Source: Camelus dromedarius | Taxonomy: Eukaryota | NCBI RefSeq assembly: GCF_036321535.1 | Contig: NC_087436.1 | Span: 106,890,001 to 106,954,000, forward strand | DNA: 64,000 nucleotides | Reading direction: 5' to 3' | Part shown: piece after piece, positions 24,950-38,200 of the stretch | Layout: every line of letters begins with the position of its first letter | How positions within the stretch are numbered: the stretch's first letter is position 1 | The notes under the pieces: model-generated | Told to the model about the DNA's origin: nothing | What the model saw: only the letters and a program-made list of their open reading frames with translations | The model's database searches: none | Translations under genes and position numbers: made by a program

Positions 24950-26750
24950 GGCACAGATACTCTGCAAAAATTCATTGCAGGCTTGTGTGTAATATTCTGA
25001 AACATGCTGGGCATAGATGAAAGAAAAGCAAGTGACATAAAAATGTGGGGACATTAGAAGATAATTCGACTTTTAAGGCAGCTTTGCTGTGATACAGAAA
25101 GCTTTTCAATTCATACTTGTTAGTATTTCTATATAATAGCTTTCATAACACTATTCTTTTGAGAAGGCAGATAACAAGGGTCCCTTTTTGTGATGTGACA
25201 TAAAATAAAATGCCTTGGAGTTGAATTGATAGAACATGGAAGAGGCATGATGCACTATTAAACACTGGACTTGGCGGCGAAATACGAGTCCTTTTCTCTC
25301 TTCCTTTACAAGCTGGTAAGCAGACTGGTAACCTGACAAATGAGAAACCCCCTCTCTCCATCCTCTTTCTTTTAAAGCAGGAAAAAAGAAGGAAAACAAA
25401 CATTCTTTATAAATAAATTAAAATTCTAACTAAAAAGCTAATTATAAGTGTATTTGTTTTGTTGGAGGTAAGGCACATCTATTATCATAAAGATAATTAA
25501 CTCAGTCTGACAGATCTAATAAAAGGACAAGTTTAGCACTGGCTTAGCCGGAAGCCAGAGGCAAGCAATTTTTATAATTACTAGTTATTGTAACTGGGCT
25601 CAGAGAAAATGGTCTGTGATATTTAAACAGTAATGTTAATTTGCATTTAGACCTGCCCTTTTTTTTCCCCCATGAAAGAATAAGTAAAAGACTGGATTAA
25701 GTACAAGAAACTTCAATAACTAAAATATTTTTAAATATATGAAAGCATGCCGAATGAAGTCTCTTCATCTATAAACGTGAGAATTTCTCTGAATAGAAAA
25801 TGAATGTCCTTACAAAGTAAATGTTTAACAGCGACCAATTAAATAGCTTAACCCAACTTTCCAGTGCATCACAGGATGTTATCCAATCTGCAAAGATGGG
25901 TACAAGCATTATGCTGCGCTCTGTTTCACACTCCCATTTATAGATTTGCATAGTTTTGCCTACCACTGGCTAGCTCTTGAATTGAGGGGATTAAAAAAGA
26001 ATAAATAAAGAGCATTGCAAATAGGCAAGTGAGAATACTGACTTTGTAACCAGTTACTTGCAGTGTAAGAAAGATGAGGAAATAAAAGGACAGGTAGCAT
26101 GCAAAGGAAATGAATGATTTCCATTGTTACCTGGCAGCTGCCCTTAACTAAAGCTTGTCTCAACATTTCACACCAGACTCCTTCCCGGAACAAAACAAAT
26201 CAACCTTTTTAAGAGTAGAAGTTACTCTTTAACTGCTCCTATAATAAAGGCTGTAGAAATAAGTAATAGCCTGTGTCAGAAAATAAGTTTGTAATACACT
26301 GAGAAAAGCACTTTAAGGTAAAATACCTGTTAGTCAAGCACACATTTCATTATGTTCTACAAATCTGGTGATAGACTCAGCCCATTACATTTGGTAAATA
26401 TGTTGTATAATTTCTGCACATAATGCCCTGTCCGTGCCCCTGTTACACAGGTGAGTATTTAACCCATCAGCCTAATTGCATTACCAGTGCATATTTTAAA
26501 AAAATGCTGATAAAGTCTACGGAAATGGTCTTTTTCCTGCAGTTTCCATGGAAGCGTGGCTTCAGCTTTATTTCTTCACATTCTCCTTGGCTTCCCTCCA
26601 TTTTAAAACTTTTATTTTTTTCAGTTTTTGAGATATTATCATTGGAAAGCATTTTGACGTAATTCCTTATTTTCACCTTTGCACTAAGGAATTATACTCT
26701 TTAATGAAGAAAAAAGTTAAAAGGCATCCTGTGAAGGATGTCACCTCTGT
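24950..26750. promoter_or_regulatory. Repeat-free block, candidate enhancer or alternative promoter
   Basis: About 1.8 kb with no recognisable TE; octamers ATTTGCAT at 25639 and 25944; many TAAT/TTAT homeobox-like sites; CAG|GTGAGT at 26450/26451. Confidence 0.35.
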
Positions 26751-27036
26751 TCCAACATCGACAAAGCCGCATTCTTCTTCTGCCATCTCCATTTCCATTT
26801 ATTTCTCCACTGGTTCTCCCTTCCCACCCTTACTGCTATAGTCTCATATATTTACTGTATCATATTCTTGTTACATGCCTTCATGATGAACTTTCAACAA
26901 ATACTCATTAATGCAACATACGTGAAGATTAGCACTCAATAAAAGGAAAAGAGGGGAAAAAAAGGAATGGGATAAAGTTTCTCAAGGTTCTCAGCTCTAA
27001 GGCTTGAAATCAATATAGAATTAGGCACTCATATGA

Positions 27037-27220
27037 CAGTTGGCCCTCGGTATCTGCAGATTCAACCAAATGTAGATCAAAACAGAATCCCTGGATGCCA
27101 AACCTGAAGATACAGATAAGTGACTGCACTGCGCCTTCTGTATAAGGCACTAGAGCATCCATGGACTTTGGTATCCATGGGGGCCCTGGAACCAATTCCC
27201 TGGGGATACAAGGGTGACTA
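27037..27220 (-). mobile_element. MER2-type TcMar-Tigger MITE
   Basis: TIR-like ends cagttggccctcggtatc ... ggatacaagggtgacta; internal gagcatccatggactttggtatccatggggg..ctggaaccaat. Confidence 0.85.
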
Positions 27221-27726
27221 TGCCACATGAGAAGTGCCATGAGGGGTAATTACAGATTGCTATGGAGGAAAGCTGGCTTCTAAACCAAATTTATGGACAG
27301 AAAGTTGACCTAGAAAGAATCCTAAGAAAAAGAGAGAGCCAAAATAATTCCTGGAGGATGAGTAGAGGGAAGGGGAAGAACCTGCGAGGCGGACTTGCAA
27401 AGTCAGTGGGACAAGAAGGAAGGAAGTTGTTAGTACAGACCTTCCTGGTGTCTATTTTTCCTTCAAGATTTAACCCTCTCTGACTCTATCTGACTCATGT
27501 TGAGACTAGACAGATGATCTGAGTATTTTATGTATTTGTATGCATCTATGGTTTTTTCTTTGATTCTAAGTTCTTAAAAATCAAGGACTAAGTTACAGAA
27601 CAAAAATCTACAAAGCACCAGCAAGCTGTTGAGTATGTGGTACTCAGATATTGTGGTATTAGAAATTTAAAATACTGAAACACTCCATAGCACAGATAGA
27701 ATGTTTCTTGAGGCTACTAATTCTTT

Positions 27727-27981
27727 TTATTTTATTTTATTTTATTTTTTATAATGTTAGTTTCAGGTGTACAACAGTGATTCAGTTATACATATACACA
27801 CATATTTTTTTTTCTCTTCAGATTCTTTTCCATCACATGTTATTACAGGAAATTGAATATAGTTCCCTGTGCTGTGTAGTAGGTCCTTGTTGTTCATCTA
27901 TTTTGTGTATAATAATGTGTATCTGTTAATCCCATACTCCTAATTTATCCCTTCCTCACCTTTTCTCCTTTGGTAACCATA
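27727..27981 (-). mobile_element. 5'-truncated artiodactyl-type L1 3' UTR
   Basis: (TTTTA)n tail, gttagtttcaggtgtacaacagtgattcag...atagttccctgtgct...ctttggtaaccatag; aattctt on both sides. Confidence 0.85.
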
Positions 27982-30399
27982 GAATTCTTGTCTTTGTCAG
28001 CCTCCACACTGCCCCAGTGTGGCAGATTTAAAGCATCAGAAATGAAGCCTTAAGCTTTTATGGTAGTGAAGTGGTAGATCTTCAAACTTATGGGTTTTCA
28101 AATAATTTGCCTTTATCCAGATGTCTGTGAAGTAGACAACCTGGAATTGATTCTATGTTTGTTCAAGGTCCCATTCCAGGTCATTGCTGGGAATGTACCA
28201 GTGGCAATGGAGCTTGAAAGATGGGGAAAAAAACTGATGGAATAGGTGTCTCCAACCTTTCTCCACAAATGGGTGGGCAGTGCACATGCTTCATTTCTTA
28301 TGATTGCCAGGGGTCACTGTGCAAAGGCAGGGTTCATCTGCCTGAAATTGAAGCCAAATTGACTATTATTTATATAGTCCTAGTCAGGAGTACATAGCTT
28401 TGTGTGGTAGGGGAAAGTTGTTCAGAGATGAGGAGTGAAAAATCGGCACTGAGAGTCCACACCCGTCTCTTGCAAGTCCAGCATAATAAAGAACAAATGA
28501 AATAAAGCACCATAGAGTAGGGAGGAGGTCACAGGAAGAAGACTCCGCTGAAAAGAGGTGGCCAGGAACCTTCATTCTGCAAACAGTGAAGACATTAAAG
28601 TTGTCGTAATGTGTTATCAGGTTGCTTCAGGGTGAGGTGTGGCACTTAGGTGAGGTGTGGCACTTGGAGGGAGCTCTGCTCATTATCTGAAGGCGGAAAG
28701 ATCAGCAAAGGAGGGAAGAAGGAAGAAGGGAAGCTCGGACAGTAAGGAGAGAAGAGAAAGAAATTGCACATAGGTCCTGGCTTTGAAAGACTATGCTTTT
28801 TTTGTTGTTCTTTTTTTGGTCATTGATGCAGAGTGTAAATGCTTGAACAAGGCCTTACACAGCAAATCAGAAGAAACAAAACAAAGTAAGACTTAAAATG
28901 AATATTTTTTGCTTGTAATTTCTTCTTAAAATTCATTTTTGCATAGACTGATTAGAAGGAAGAATCTGGAAGAATCTGAGGCTCCCTGAAATTTTCCTGA
29001 AGCCATTATTTCATCGTCATTTTCACTGCAGTGTAATTGGCGAGACTCTCAGGGAAGAGGTTTGATTGTTTTAACTGTGATTCATTAGTGGACTCAGTCA
29101 CAAGAGGTGGGGCTACACTGCCCACTTTAAGTGTTATACAAAGGCTGTGCATTTTTATTATTATCCATAACTTCTCACCAACAGGCCTGCTACACAAAGC
29201 TGCTCAGAATTAGTGTGCAATTCCTCCTTAGCTTTTAATGCAGGTCAACTTGTGGGTCTTAAAAGATTGACTATGGCCCTTTAAAAACATTCTCCGAGTT
29301 GTGGTGGGTAATTAATCACAGCAACAGAAGCAAAATATATTGTTTCCTTGCTGAGAAGAGCATGTTTTCTTTGCATATGAATTGATCCCTTAAACATTCC
29401 TCGTGGGAATATATTTTTCCCTTCTAATGCAAACTGGCTTTAAACTACAGATGTGCTAATCTATCTGTAGGAAGTTCCAGGGCTCATTGATTTGTGAGAT
29501 GCATAGGTATTCATCTATTTTAGATGGAGACCTGAAAGAAGGGACAATTAATTAAGTCATCCTGCAGTGATTTTTCAAAACTGTAATATAAACAGTGACG
29601 GGGAAAACCCCAAGGCTTTAGACTTTGAATTTGGTTTGGATAAGTATCTGAACTTTTGCAAACTGGGTTGATTTGAGGCAAAATGAAAATATTGCTTTGC
29701 AATAGGAAATGTAGACACTGTACCTCTCATACAGGGCTTATCATGTTCTGTCTTCAGTGTAAGGTGCATGTGTGGTAGAGTGAATCTTCTTGTGTGTTTG
29801 TGGGCATGCAATTTCCCCTATTTGATTGCAAGGAGCTTCAGAAAAAGATCGTGTCATGTACCCGTCCATATGCTGCTCAGTGTTTGGTCTGATACTTGCC
29901 ATTGCATGCAAGTCATCCATACCTTACATCTTCAATAAAATATTCATTCCTTTGTTACCAAAAGCTAATTGAGCATCTACTAAGCATCATCCCCAGGCCG
30001 AGAGAACTCACACTTACTAGAAACCCATAATCATTATTTAGGGGTCTGTAAAAAATTCAGTGCCAGTCTTCTGGTTTTTATAAACCAATGAGTTTTTCAG
30101 AAGAAATATTACCACAAATATGTTATCTGCACTATGCCCCGAATCCTTTTGGAAGAAGGCAAGATATAAATGAAAACAAAGGAGACTGTTAGTAGAATTA
30201 TCCATAAAATACTCAGTTCAACGGAAATATATCAAACATCTACGAAACGCAAAGTTCAAAGCTAAGTCTGTTGGTAGCAGATCTATTAGAGACTTCAAAG
30301 GAAGCAGCAAGAGACATCTTTCAATTATGCATATTTAACTAGTCCATTAAGATGTTTGGGAGTAGCCATTGAAGTCCCAACTCTTTAACAGCTGATGTA

Positions 30400-30853
30400 G
30401 CCCCCACGCTCTGGACCCGCTTATTTGGCTTCCTTCTTCTTCATCTTTCCCATTGCCCTCTAGACTCCAGGTATCCTGAGGACCTCCAGTTTGTCAGAGG
30501 TGCCAAGTTCTCTCTCTCCTCCGGACCTTCACGTGTACTGTTGGCTTTGCAAGGAACCTCCCCTTCTGTCACTCTATTTTCTAGCTATTATCTACCTACC
30601 CTTGAGGCCTTCACTTAACTGTCACTCTCTTTCTCTAACCCTTTTCTTATTTCTAAACATGAGTTCATTACAGAGGCCAGGACATCCTATACTTTTACTC
30701 TCTAAATACCTAATTCATATGAGTTTGGGTTTAGGGTCTGTCTTCTCTGACTGGAGCTCCATGCAGGCTGATTCATATCCCTAATGAATAGCCTAGATCC
30801 TGGTACTTAACATGCGCTTAGTAAATAATTGTTGAAAGAACGAATGAGTGAGT
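30400..30853 (+). mobile_element. L2 3' region
   Basis: gtctgtcttctctgactggagctccatgcagg...gcgcttagtaaataattgttgaaagaacgaatgagtgagt. Confidence 0.7.
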
Positions 30854-30929
30854 AGAGAGTTACATACTCATCAAATTTCAACAGAAGTGTTATATAGAAA
30901 GTGTTATATAGAAAGATACATTTAACATC

Positions 30930-31403
30930 TGTGAGGGAAAATACTGCAACCGTATCAGTAAACAAAGAATACTGAAACCAAGTCATCAGCGCTTGCCGCC
31001 ACCCGCAGGGAGGACAGACCTGCAGCCCGGCCTCTGCAGCCACTCACAATGGTGCACCCTGAGGGGACTCAGAATAATAAAGGACAAAATAAAGCACCCT
31101 CGATAGCTAGGTGCTTGTCAAAGGAATGAATTCAATGAGCCCAAATGTTTGCTTCCTCCCATACATAGAAAAGCACTAAATTCTTTAACTTGAGATGCCT
31201 GGTTTTCGTTAGATAATAAGCAATTTTTTAATGTTCCAACTACCTGGTCTTTGTTGTAAAGCTCCTATATATCCTAGCTCCTCCCCTACCTCTTCGGAGC
31301 AGTCCCTCAGAGCGATCTGAGAGGCTGTCATCCCAGCTCGAGTCCTCCCACCAAATAAAACATAACTCTCAACTTTTAGGCTGCACATTTATTTCAGTCG
31401 ACA
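30930..31403 (+). mobile_element. Young ERV1-class solo LTR (474 bp)
   Basis: TG...CA termini; 4-bp TSD catc/cgtc; TATA-like tatata at 31266; AATAAA at 31354; CpGs retained. Confidence 0.85.
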
Positions 31404-31849
31404 CGTCACAAATACAGGAACACTTTTGAAGGTTTATTTATAAAATGCTTTGGGATTTCTCAGTGTTGTCATTGTTTTGAACAGAAGGAGTCATTTTGCT
31501 GCAGACACAGTGAAAAATTAAGAGAAACTTGTGCCTACGTGAAAAATAAACTTTTATGTTTATATTATTCATCAATATACAACATTTCAAAACATGAAGT
31601 TATTTTCAACATCTCAACTCTCTCGGAATCATCTCTATGAATAGAAGAAAAAATATTGTCTTTCCCTTACTAAATATCAGAAAAGATGTAGTTACTTTTT
31701 GTTTCTACCTTCAGATAACAATTGGTAGGTAATTTAAAATATTGATTGAGATGAGAATTTGCTTTTTGTTTGAATGGCCCTAGTGAGAGAGGCAGAAAAA
31801 TATGCAACGGACTGAGCATCTGAAGACTTATGTTAATAAATACCGCTAT

Positions 31850-34380
31850 CACCACCACCCACACAGAGGTCATGGCTTTCCTATTCCCCTGAAATGGACA
31901 TTGTTATCAGCCTAGAGTGTATTCTTCCACTCTTTTCTCTGTATTCGTACAGAAGTATCTACGTAAGTTATGTACAGGAATGTTCACTGTCAATGCTTGT
32001 AATTACAAATCTGGGGATTATATATGTGTATATATACATGGCATTGCAACTTTCTTTTCTCACTTAAAACTTTTGTTTAAAATTTTTGTTGATATCTGCC
32101 CAGGTCAGAAAATATGGCCTGGAGCTAACTCATAATAATCGTACCATATTTCATAGTAACAAGTGATTTGAGCATCTCTCTATTGATGAAATTTTGGGTT
32201 TTTTCCAAGTTTCCATGTTTCTGTTTCATTGTTTGTTTGTTTTACATGAAAATCTACGTACATCCTTATATACTTGTAACATTATTCCTATGGCATAAAT
32301 TCCTCAGAACTAGATACAGGGCTTAAGGTTGTAGAATATTACTCTTTCTAAAAAACTGTAACAAGTCATGCTGCAGCCAGAAGGGTAAAAGAGAGTGTTT
32401 GCCCATCTGTTCATGAGTACTGGGTATTATGGCTCTTGTTCCTTATGGCCAACCCAATGGGTGAAATACAGCACCACACAGTTAATTTAATTTACATTGT
32501 CCTGACTGCTGGAGAGTTTAAATATTTTTTCCGTAAGTTTCTTTCACCATTTGTATATGCTCTTTTTAAAACGTACCTAATTGGATCCTCTGCATATTTT
32601 AAAGGTTGTTTTTCTTTTAAACATATAATTTTAGACTTACAGAAGAGTGGCAAAAATATTACAGAGAGTTGATGCATAGCCTTCTCTCAGCTGCCACTAA
32701 CATCTTACATAAGCACTGAGCAATTATCAAAACTAAATTTGGTTAGAAATTAACCTTGGTAAAATACTATTATCTAAACTATTTGGATTTTACCAATTTT
32801 TCGACTAATGCCTCTTTTCTATTCAAGGGTTCAATCCACGATTCCACATTGCATTTACTTGTCACATTCTTATTCTCCTCCAGTCTGTGACAGTTCCAAA
32901 GTCTTTCCCTACTTTGCACCCTAAAAAATATGGTCTTTTTTTTTTTGTGTGTGTGTGAAGTGCTCCTCAGTTTGGCTGTGTCTGGAATTTGTTCATGATT
33001 AAAGTTTTGTATTTTGGGGAAGAATATCAAAGAAGTGACATGTTCTACCCAGTGCTTCATATCAAAGGATATGCGCTGTTGATATGTATTACAAACAATA
33101 TTAACATTGTTTATTTGGTCAAGGTGGGGTCTGCCAGGGTTTTTAATGTAAAGTTACTATTTTTTTTATTTTGTAAACTCTTAATGTTTTGAGGTGGATA
33201 ACTGGATAAATGCAAATGTCCTATTTCTGCTGCTAATTTTAAGAACCACCAGGCAACAACGCCTGTGACAATTACTACTGTTGCGTTCCAATGTCGACTT
33301 TCTATTTCTCTCATTCCTTCCACATTTCCTAATGGTAATTATTCTGTAAGGAAGAGTTGTTCCTTTCCCCCCTTTCACTTATTCATTTATTTCGGTATGG
33401 AACCCTGGATAATTATTTTATCCTTTTGATTTGAATCCAATACTATCATTATTTACTTTGTTGTTCAAATTGTTCCAACTTTGGACATGCAGAGCTTTTT
33501 TTGGGTTGCCTCCTCTCCCCTTTTGACATGCCCATATATATTTAAGCCCTCCAGGACACACCAGGCATGTCTTGTATTTTTTTTTTCCTATCTCATCCCT
33601 ATAATCCATCAATTTTCCAAGGGTCCTGCTTTTGTGTTTGTTTTTAAATTGGAGAATGGCATTTAGAAGCCAATATCTGAGCAGTAGGTGGGCTCAGTGC
33701 TGCAGGGTATGTCATCACTTTTAGTCTTTTTTAATAAACAGAGCTAGAAAATATATGCATATATACTACCTTATGCATACATACACACGCGTAAGCATTT
33801 TTTTCTGTATTCATAGTGATTTAGTTGATGTGTCCATAGTGATTATGTAGAACCAAGCACTACAGAGTTCCTTATAATCTTCTTCATTTTCTTGATCATA
33901 TTTTATTCCTCCAACTGTGAGAAATATGCTCTTCATTATTTATCTCTGCTCATTTGTTCAACACTAATATAAAACAAAGTAGTTTCAGGCTCGCTTACCT
34001 ATATCCTTATGAAAAACAAATTTGTAAACTGAATTAAAGTGTTTATGTACAATTATTTTTGTCTTTAACCCTATAGTATCCAGTCAAAGCAGTGTTACCA
34101 TCATTCTTAGATTAGCCTCTTTTCCCCAACTCCTTCAGAGTGATGATATGACTCATATGTAATAATTACAGCTGTTTGCTTTCTGTGCGCATTCCATCTT
34201 TCCTACACATCCTGGTTGATTTTTTTTAAATTTAAATAGAGTACAGTTTATTCTCATTTGGTACAGTTGTCTTCATTTTGACAAATGCATACAGGTGTAT
34301 GACACCTTGCCTCCATAAAGAACAGGTGCATCATCCCCACAATTCTTTTATGCTGGCCCGTTCTAAGTTGCTCCTTCACC
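31850..34380 (-). mobile_element. Stacked old L1 3' UTR pieces (L1ME-like and L1MC-like)
   Basis: taattttagacttacagaagagtggcaaaaatattacagagag (L1MC-type 3' end, about 32625); ggagaatggcatttagaagccaatatctgagcagtagg; ttttgacaaatgcatacag. Confidence 0.7.
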
Positions 34381-34689
34381 CCACAAGTTACAAGTGAAGA
34401 ACTTCCTAATTTTTTCTGCAAAATAAGAAAACACCATTACAACAGTTGTTTCCATGCTTATATTGATTACTCCTGAAATACATTTACATACTTACTGAAT
34501 AAATCAAAACTAAATTGTGAGTTTAAATTCGAATAATTTGTATATAAAATGAAAATAGGAAGAAGAAAGAAGAAACTGGTTATTATAGTCAAATAAACAC
34601 ATAAATATAGCAAGCAAAGAGAAAATGTGCATATTTACTTACAATTCCTTTTTAAAATTCTTGTCCTTAAAGCCCTAGAAACATCTATG

Positions 34690-35045
34690 GCATCCTCCTT
34701 CTATTCTTAATTCCACGTTTCTATTGCCCTCGGCTAGAACCACAGCTCCTCAGGATACTTTATTTGGTGGGATGACAAAGATTTTCGTTCCTGAAAAGGC
34801 TAAGGCCTCAATCATCTTTTTTTTTTTTTTAACTGTACTTTTACATTAATCTTTGAATTGGAAATGGGAATATTAAGAGGTATACCAAAGAACACTGGGT
34901 TTCAGACACAGTTCTCTTTTACTCTGTAGTTTATCAGTAACCCAGTTTCCCTTGGTCATCATTAACTATCACTCCAGACAGTATAGTAACTTATATTCTT
35001 GTTTTTTGCCTATTTTTTCAGTAACACAGGAAGCTCCAAATGGTT
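34690..35045 (-). mobile_element. ERVL/MLT internal fragment with dUTPase remnant
   Basis: Minus strand VTILSGVIVNDDQG..., compared with the ERVL dUTPase motif VTVLAGVIDPDYQGEIGL; downstream ttcaggaacgaaaatctttgtcatcccacca matches ERVL-int. Confidence 0.7.
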
Positions 35046-35056
35046 CTCTTACCCCA

Positions 35057-35212
35057 AGATATCAACAAAATTGATAAAACTCTAACCAGGTTAACTAAGA
35101 AAAAAGAGAGAATATACTAATCACTAACATGAGAAATGAAAGTTGTTCCATCACTACTGATTCCATGTGCAATACAAGGATGATTGGGGATTATGAACAA
35201 TTATGTGCCTAC
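35057..35212 (+). mobile_element. Short L1 ORF2 fragment, opposite in orientation to its neighbours
   Basis: atcaacaaaattgataaaactctaaccaggtta encodes INKIDKTLTRL (ORF2 INKIDKPLARL motif). Confidence 0.75.
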
Positions 35213-35214
35213 GG

Positions 35215-38200
35215 AGTTGCTATCCTGAAAATATTGATTCTTTCTATATCCATGTACATAGAATATTTTTCCATTTATCTAGATCATCTTTGATTTCTTT
35301 CATTGCAAATTTGTGATTTTCCTTATAAAAATTTTGCACTTATTTTGTTAGGTTTATACCTAAGTATTTATTTTATTGGTGCTAATGTAAATTATATTGT
35401 GCATTTAATTGCTAATTTCAGTTATTCATTGCTGGTATATAAGAAAGTAGCTGACTCCTCTATTTTAACATTGCATCCTACAATCTTATTGCAATTGCTT
35501 TTCATTCCAGGGGCTTATTGTTGTTGTTTATTCTTGGGAATTTTTTACATAGAAAATCATGCTATCTGTGAACAAAGACAGTTTTATTTCTCCTTTCTCC
35601 ATCTGTATACCTTTTGTTGTCTTATTAGCTAGGGCTTGCATTATATCACTGAATAGGAGTGATGAAAGATAATATACTCATCTTGTTCCTGCTTTTAGGA
35701 GGAAAGCATTCATTTTCTCACCATTAAGTATGATGTTAGCTGTAGGTTTTTTGTAAGTTTCTTTTCTCAAGTTGAAGTTCTCCTCTATTCTTAGCTTGTT
35801 GAGCATTTTTATCTGGAATAGGTTTTGATCTTGTCAAATGCTTATTTGTGATGGTTTACATTCACTGATTTTTCAAATGTTGAACCAGCTTTGTGTATTG
35901 AGTATAAATCCCACTTGGTTGTAATGTATAATTCTTTTTATACCTTGTTGGAGTTGATTTGATAATACTTCATGAATATTTTTCAATCTATGTTCATGAG
36001 AAATATTGGTTTGTAGTTTCCCTTTCTTCTTGTGTCTTTGTCTGGTTTGAGCATTAGGGTAATGCTCATCTCATAGAATGAGTTAGGAAGTAAACATCTG
36101 CTTCTATTTCCTGGAAGAAGTTGCAGAGAACTGGTATAATTTCTTTCTAGAAATGCTTGACTGCTTGATTGAATTCATTAGTGAACCTATGTGGTCTGGT
36201 GTTTTCTGTTTTCAAAAGTTTTTAATTATTGATCCAGTATCTTTAATAGATACAGGCCTATTCACATGATCTTTTTTCTTGTGTGAGTTTTGATAGATTT
36301 TTTTTCTTTCAAGGAATTGGTCCATTTCATCTAAGTTATCAAATTTGTGGGTAGAGTTGCTCATAATATTCCTTTATTCTTATTATAATGTTCATAGGAT
36401 CAGCTGTGATGACCCCTCCTTTCTTTCTGATATTAGTCATTTGTGCCATCTCTTTTTTTTCTTAGTTAACATGGCTAGAAGTTTAATACTTATATTACCT
36501 TTTCAAAGAACTAGCTTTTGGTTTCACTGATTTTTCTCCCCCGATTTCCTATTTTCAATTTTATTGATTTCTGCTAATTTTTATTACTTACTTTTTTCTG
36601 CTTACTGTGAACTTAATTTGCTCTTTTTTTCCCCTAGTTTCCTAAGGTGGAAGCTTACATAATTAATTTTAGATCTTTCTTTGATTCTAATATATGCATT
36701 CAAATCTATATATTCTCTTCTAAACACTGCTTTTGCTACAATCCCACAAATCTTGATAAGGTATATTTTCATTTTTATTTAGTTCAAAATATTTTTAAAT
36801 TTTTCTTGAGGCTTCTTATTTGACCTGTGTGTCATTTAAAAGTGTATTATTTACTCTCCAAGTATTTGAGTGGTTTACAGCTATGTTTCTGTCATTGATC
36901 TTGTTTAATTCCATTGTTTTCTCAGAGCATACTTTGCCTGATTTCCCATTATTTTAAATTTGTTAAGGTGTGTTTCATGGCCCAGACCATTGTCTATCTT
37001 GGTGAATATTCCATGTGAGCTTGAGAAGAATGTGCATTTTGCTGTTGTTGGATGAAGTTTTCTATAAATGTCAATTAGATCTAGTTGATTGATGGTGCTG
37101 TTCAGTTCAACTATGTCCTTACTGATTTTCTGCCTGCTGTATCTATCAATTACTGTAAGAGGGATGTTGAAGACTCCAACTACAAGAGTGGATTTGTCTT
37201 TCTCCTTGCATTTCTATCAGTTTTTGCCTCACATATTTTGGTGATCTTTTGTTAGGTACATACATGTTAAGAATGGTTATGTCTTCTTGGAGAATTAAAT
37301 CTTTTATCATTATGTAATGCCCTTATTTATCCTTGGAAATTTGTCATGTTCTGAAGTCAGTTTTGCCTGAAATTAATATAACTATGCCAGCTTTCTTTTA
37401 CCTGGTGTTGACATGATATATTTTTCTTCATTTCTTTACTTTTAACCTATCTGGGTTTTATATTTAAAGTGGATTTCTTGCAGACAACACATAGTTGGGT
37501 CATTTTTCTTAATTCAGTATGAAAGTCTCTGTCTTTTAATTGATATATTTAGACCATTGATGTTTAAAGTGACTGTTGATCTAGTTGGATTAATATGTAC
37601 TACATATTTTTACTGTTTTTTACTCTTTGCCTTTTGTCATTTCTTTCTTTTCCTTCCTTCCTTCCTGCCTAACTTCCTTTTCTTCCTTCCTTTCATGGTC
37701 ATCCACTCTTTTTCAGCCCTCTTTGGTATTAAACAAGCATTTTATATGATTCAGTTTTCTTCTCTTAGCCTATCAGTGTTTTTTTTTTTTTCTTTCGATA
37801 GCCATCTTTGGATTTGAAATATACATTTACAACTTCAAGTTTACTTTTAAACAGCACTAAACCACTTCACAAACAATGCAAATACTTTAGAACAGAATAT
37901 GCCCAATTTTTCCCTCCTGTCCCTTTTAACATTGCTGTTATTCATTTTACCTTTCCATAAACTGTAATCATTGAATAGATTATTTCTATTGTTATGAAAA
38001 AACTGTTATCTATTAGATCAACCTAAGAATAAAAAACATTTTCTTTTACCTTTATTTTAGTTCATATCTAATATTGTTTCTTTTTAAATGTAAATGTAAA
38101 TTTGATTTTCTAACCTATATAATTTTTCTTCTCTCTGAAGAACTTATTTTAGCATTTTTTTGCAAAACAGGTCTACTGATGACAGAGTCTCACAACTTTA

